NCBI RefSeq assembly: GCF_043080095.1
Contig: NZ_JBIBVE010000012.1
Coordinates: forward strand, 73,367 to 97,366
Direction: 5' to 3'
Length of the DNA stretch: 24,000 nucleotides
Origin: Streptomyces sp. NPDC015127
GTDB lineage: Bacteria > Actinomycetota > Actinomycetes > Streptomycetales > Streptomycetaceae
Of this stretch, positions 22,225 to 24,000 are shown in pieces; position 1 is the stretch's first letter, and the number at the start of each line of letters is the position of its first letter. The position numbers were made by a program, and so were the translations under genes. A model generated the notes under the pieces. It had not been told where the DNA came from, ran no database searches, and worked only from the letters and a program-made list of their open reading frames with translations.

Positions 22225-22902
22225 ATGGGGACCATGGCGAAGGCGCGTGGGACGAAGGTGGCGGCGGCTCGGGTGGCGGAGGTGCGGCTGCCGCCGCTGG
22301 AGAGGTTCGGCGGCGGCGGGCTGGAGCCGGACGGGGAATACGACGGGGTGGAGTTCGCCGGGCTGGACCTCGGCGGGCAGCGGGGCGCGGGGGCGCGGTT
22401 CATCGACTGCGCGCTGCGGGAGTGCGCGCTGGACGACACGGAGCTGGTGCGGGCCCGTTTCGTGGACAGCGTGCTGGAGGGCGTACGGGGCGTGGGGACG
22501 GACCTGGCGGGGGCGTCGCTGCGGGACGTGGAGGTGAGGGACGCGCGGCTGGGCGGGGTGCAGCTGCACGGGGCGGTGCTGACGGGCGTGGCCGTGAAGG
22601 GAGGGAAGATCGACTTTCTGAATCTGCGGGAGGCGAGGCTGACGGACGTGGTGTTCGAGGGCTGTGTGCTGGTGGAGGCGGATTTCGCGGGGGCGCGGCT
22701 GGAGAGGGTCGCGTTCCGGGACTGCGCGCTGCGGCAGGTGGACTTCGGCGCGGTGCGGATGAAGGACGTCGACCTGCGGGGCGCGACGGAGCTGGACATC
22801 GCGCGGGGGGTGGAGCGGCTGGCGGGCGCGGTGATCAGCTCGGCGCAACTGCTGGACCTGGCCCCGGCGTTGGCGGCGCAGGTCGGTGTGCGGGTGGAGT
22901 GA
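22225..22902 (+). CDS. Pentapeptide-repeat protein (MfpA/Qnr-like fold)
   Basis: Tandem A(D/N)LXX-type pentapeptides, for example 'FAGLDLGGQRGAGARFIDCALRECALDDTELVRARFVDSVLEG...ADFAGARLERVAFRDCALRQVDFGAVRMKDVDLRGA'. The start is ambiguous (ATG 22225 or 22234; TTG 22204). Confidence 0.75.
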   Translation: MGTMAKARGTKVAAARVAEVRLPPLERFGGGGLEPDGEYDGVEFAGLDLGGQRGAGARFIDCALRECALDDTELVRARFVDSVLEGVRGVGTDLAGASLRDVEVRDARLGGVQLHGAVLTGVAVKGGKIDFLNLREARLTDVVFEGCVLVEADFAGARLERVAFRDCALRQVDFGAVRMKDVDLRGATELDIARGVERLAGAVISSAQLLDLAPALAAQVGVRVE

Positions 22903-22925
22903 GGGCTGTCCCGTGGCGCCGGGGG

Positions 22926-23426
22926 CTACTGGGTGCGGGGGAATCGGGACTGGAGGTCCCAGATCGCCGGGTTGTCGGCGAGACCCTCGTGCATGTCCGT
23001 CAGGTCCGCGATCAGGTCGTGGAGGAAGTCGCGGGCCTCGCGGCGCAGTTCGGAGTGGCTGAAGGTGAGGGGCGGTTCGTCGCCGGGCATCCAGTCCGCC
23101 TCGACGTCGACCCAGCCGAAGCGCCGCTCGAAGAGCATGCGGTCGGAGGACTCGGTGAAGTCGAGCTCGGCGTGCTGCGGCCGGGCGGCGCGGCTGCCGA
23201 GCGGGTCGCGGTCGAGCTGCTCGACGATGTCGCACAGCGCCCACGCGAAGTCGAGCACGGGCACCCATCCCCAGGCTGTGGACACTTCCCGGTCCGCCTT
23301 CGTGTCGGCGAGGTAGACGTCGCCGCAGAACAGGTCGTGGCGCAGCGCGTGGACGTCCGCGCGCCGGTAGTCGGTCTGCGGGGGGTCGGGGAAGCGGCGC
23401 GAGAGGGAGTAGCCGATGTCGAGCAC
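22926..23426 (-). CDS. Hypothetical protein (acidic, Trp-rich, no recognised domain)
   Basis: A 166-aa ORF with a GTG start and a consistent high-GC3 coding pattern. It converges on the pentapeptide gene. I did not recognise any motif. Confidence 0.5.
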   Translation of the reverse strand: MLDIGYSLSRRFPDPPQTDYRRADVHALRHDLFCGDVYLADTKADREVSTAWGWVPVLDFAWALCDIVEQLDRDPLGSRAARPQHAELDFTESSDRMLFERRFGWVDVEADWMPGDEPPLTFSHSELRREARDFLHDLIADLTDMHEGLADNPAIWDLQSRFPRTQ

Positions 23427-23578
23427 GTAAGTGATGGTGTCATGGACTGCAGGTCCTGCTCAGTGCGAGTCCGACCTGCCGAAATGCATCGTTCACGCGT
23501 TCGATTGAAGAGATCCGCCTTTCAGGCCGAGGCGGCGGCATACGCTGAAAGTGTCGCTCTGCGCGAAGGAGGCCTGCC

Positions 23579-24000
23579 ATGGCGCTGCCTGTACCCGAGT
23601 ACGGGACCGAGAATGACGTGTTCGAGTCCAGGAACCCGGCAATGTCGGTTGAAGAAGCCTTCGACGTGTTCAGCGCGGCCGCCCCCGACGGGTGGCGCGT
23701 GGAATTGATCGAAGGGGAGATCCACGTGACGCCTCCGGCCAATGGTGAGCACGAAGAGATCGTCTCGGAGCTCAGTGGTCAGGTGCGCGACCACCGCAAG
23801 GATCTTGCTCGGTACACGGGAATCGGACTGTTCGTGCCCGGAGCTTCGATGACCGGAAGATCGTGCCGGACCTGGTGGTCGCGCCCAAGGGCAGCTTTGC
23901 CGACCGGCAGGAATACCATGATCCCTCCGCCGTATTGCTCGTCGCGGAAGTGACCTCGGACTCGACCGCCGGTAACGATCGTGTCAAGAAGATCCGCGGC
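23579..24000 (+). pseudogene. Uma2-family (DUF820) PD-(D/E)xK endonuclease gene, frameshifted at about 23843-23848; the 3' end runs off the window
   Basis: ATG at 23579 with a GAAGGAGG RBS. The N-terminal part 'WRVELIEGEIHVTPPANGEHEEIVSEL' is typical of Uma2. After 'GLFVPGAS' the conserved continuation 'FDDRKIVPDLVVAPKGSF...VLLVAEVTSDSTAGNDRVKKIRG' is in a different frame (codon starts shift from position mod 3 = 2 to mod 3 = 1). The annotated frame stops at 23953. Confidence 0.65.

Noticed and set aside
19765-23708. Several long ORFs: 19765-20889 (-), 19911-20912 (+), 20809-22182 (+), 22098-23708 (+), 22207-23268 (-) and 21789-22799 (-)
   Set aside because: All overlap motif-bearing genes (MDR, FAD/NAD oxidoreductase, pentapeptide protein) in other frames or on the other strand. 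Their translations are Arg/Pro/Gly-rich nonsense.
14407-24000. Classical integrase-mediated genomic island at the tRNA-Thr 3' end
   Set aside because: There is no integrase or excisionase gene. I could not find a duplicated copy of the tRNA 3' end (attR) anywhere downstream in the window. Only the much smaller single-gene cassette hypothesis is retained.

Overview
This is very GC-rich, GC3-skewed actinobacterial chromosome that looks like Streptomyces. Bases 1-12,400 are a conserved housekeeping block: phoR-phoP, a divergent lipoprotein, carD-ispD-ispF, cysS, rlmB, a DoxX-like membrane protein, a sugar-nucleotidyltransferase, a small secreted protein and the orphan sugar-ABC ATPase msiK. From memory, this order matches the S. 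coelicolor SCO4229-SCO4240 neighbourhood. From about 12.5 kb the window turns accessory. A stand-alone, catalytically intact TnpB (IS200/IS605-type RNA-guided nuclease, no tnpA) lies between the msiK control region and a tRNA-Thr(UGU) gene. Directly after the tRNA terminator sits the most unusual locus. It is a reading frame of about 700 aa encoding a Q/R-rich coiled coil, an uncharacterised region, an Mrr_cat (PD-(D/E)xK) nuclease domain and a C-terminal TerD-like domain. A 17-nt poly(G) tract splits it into two ORFs, and one extra G would fuse them. This cassette abuts a frameshifted, 3'-truncated ORF. The rest of the window holds an FAD oxidoreductase, an APH(6)-like kinase plus a GNAT, a two-gene oxidoreductase operon, a pentapeptide-repeat protein, a hypothetical protein and a frameshifted Uma2-family nuclease gene that runs off the window. 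I found no CRISPR array, rRNA gene or integrase. Many long ORFs in the six-frame track are antisense or off-frame artefacts of the GC content. All family assignments come from motif recognition by eye, with no database search.
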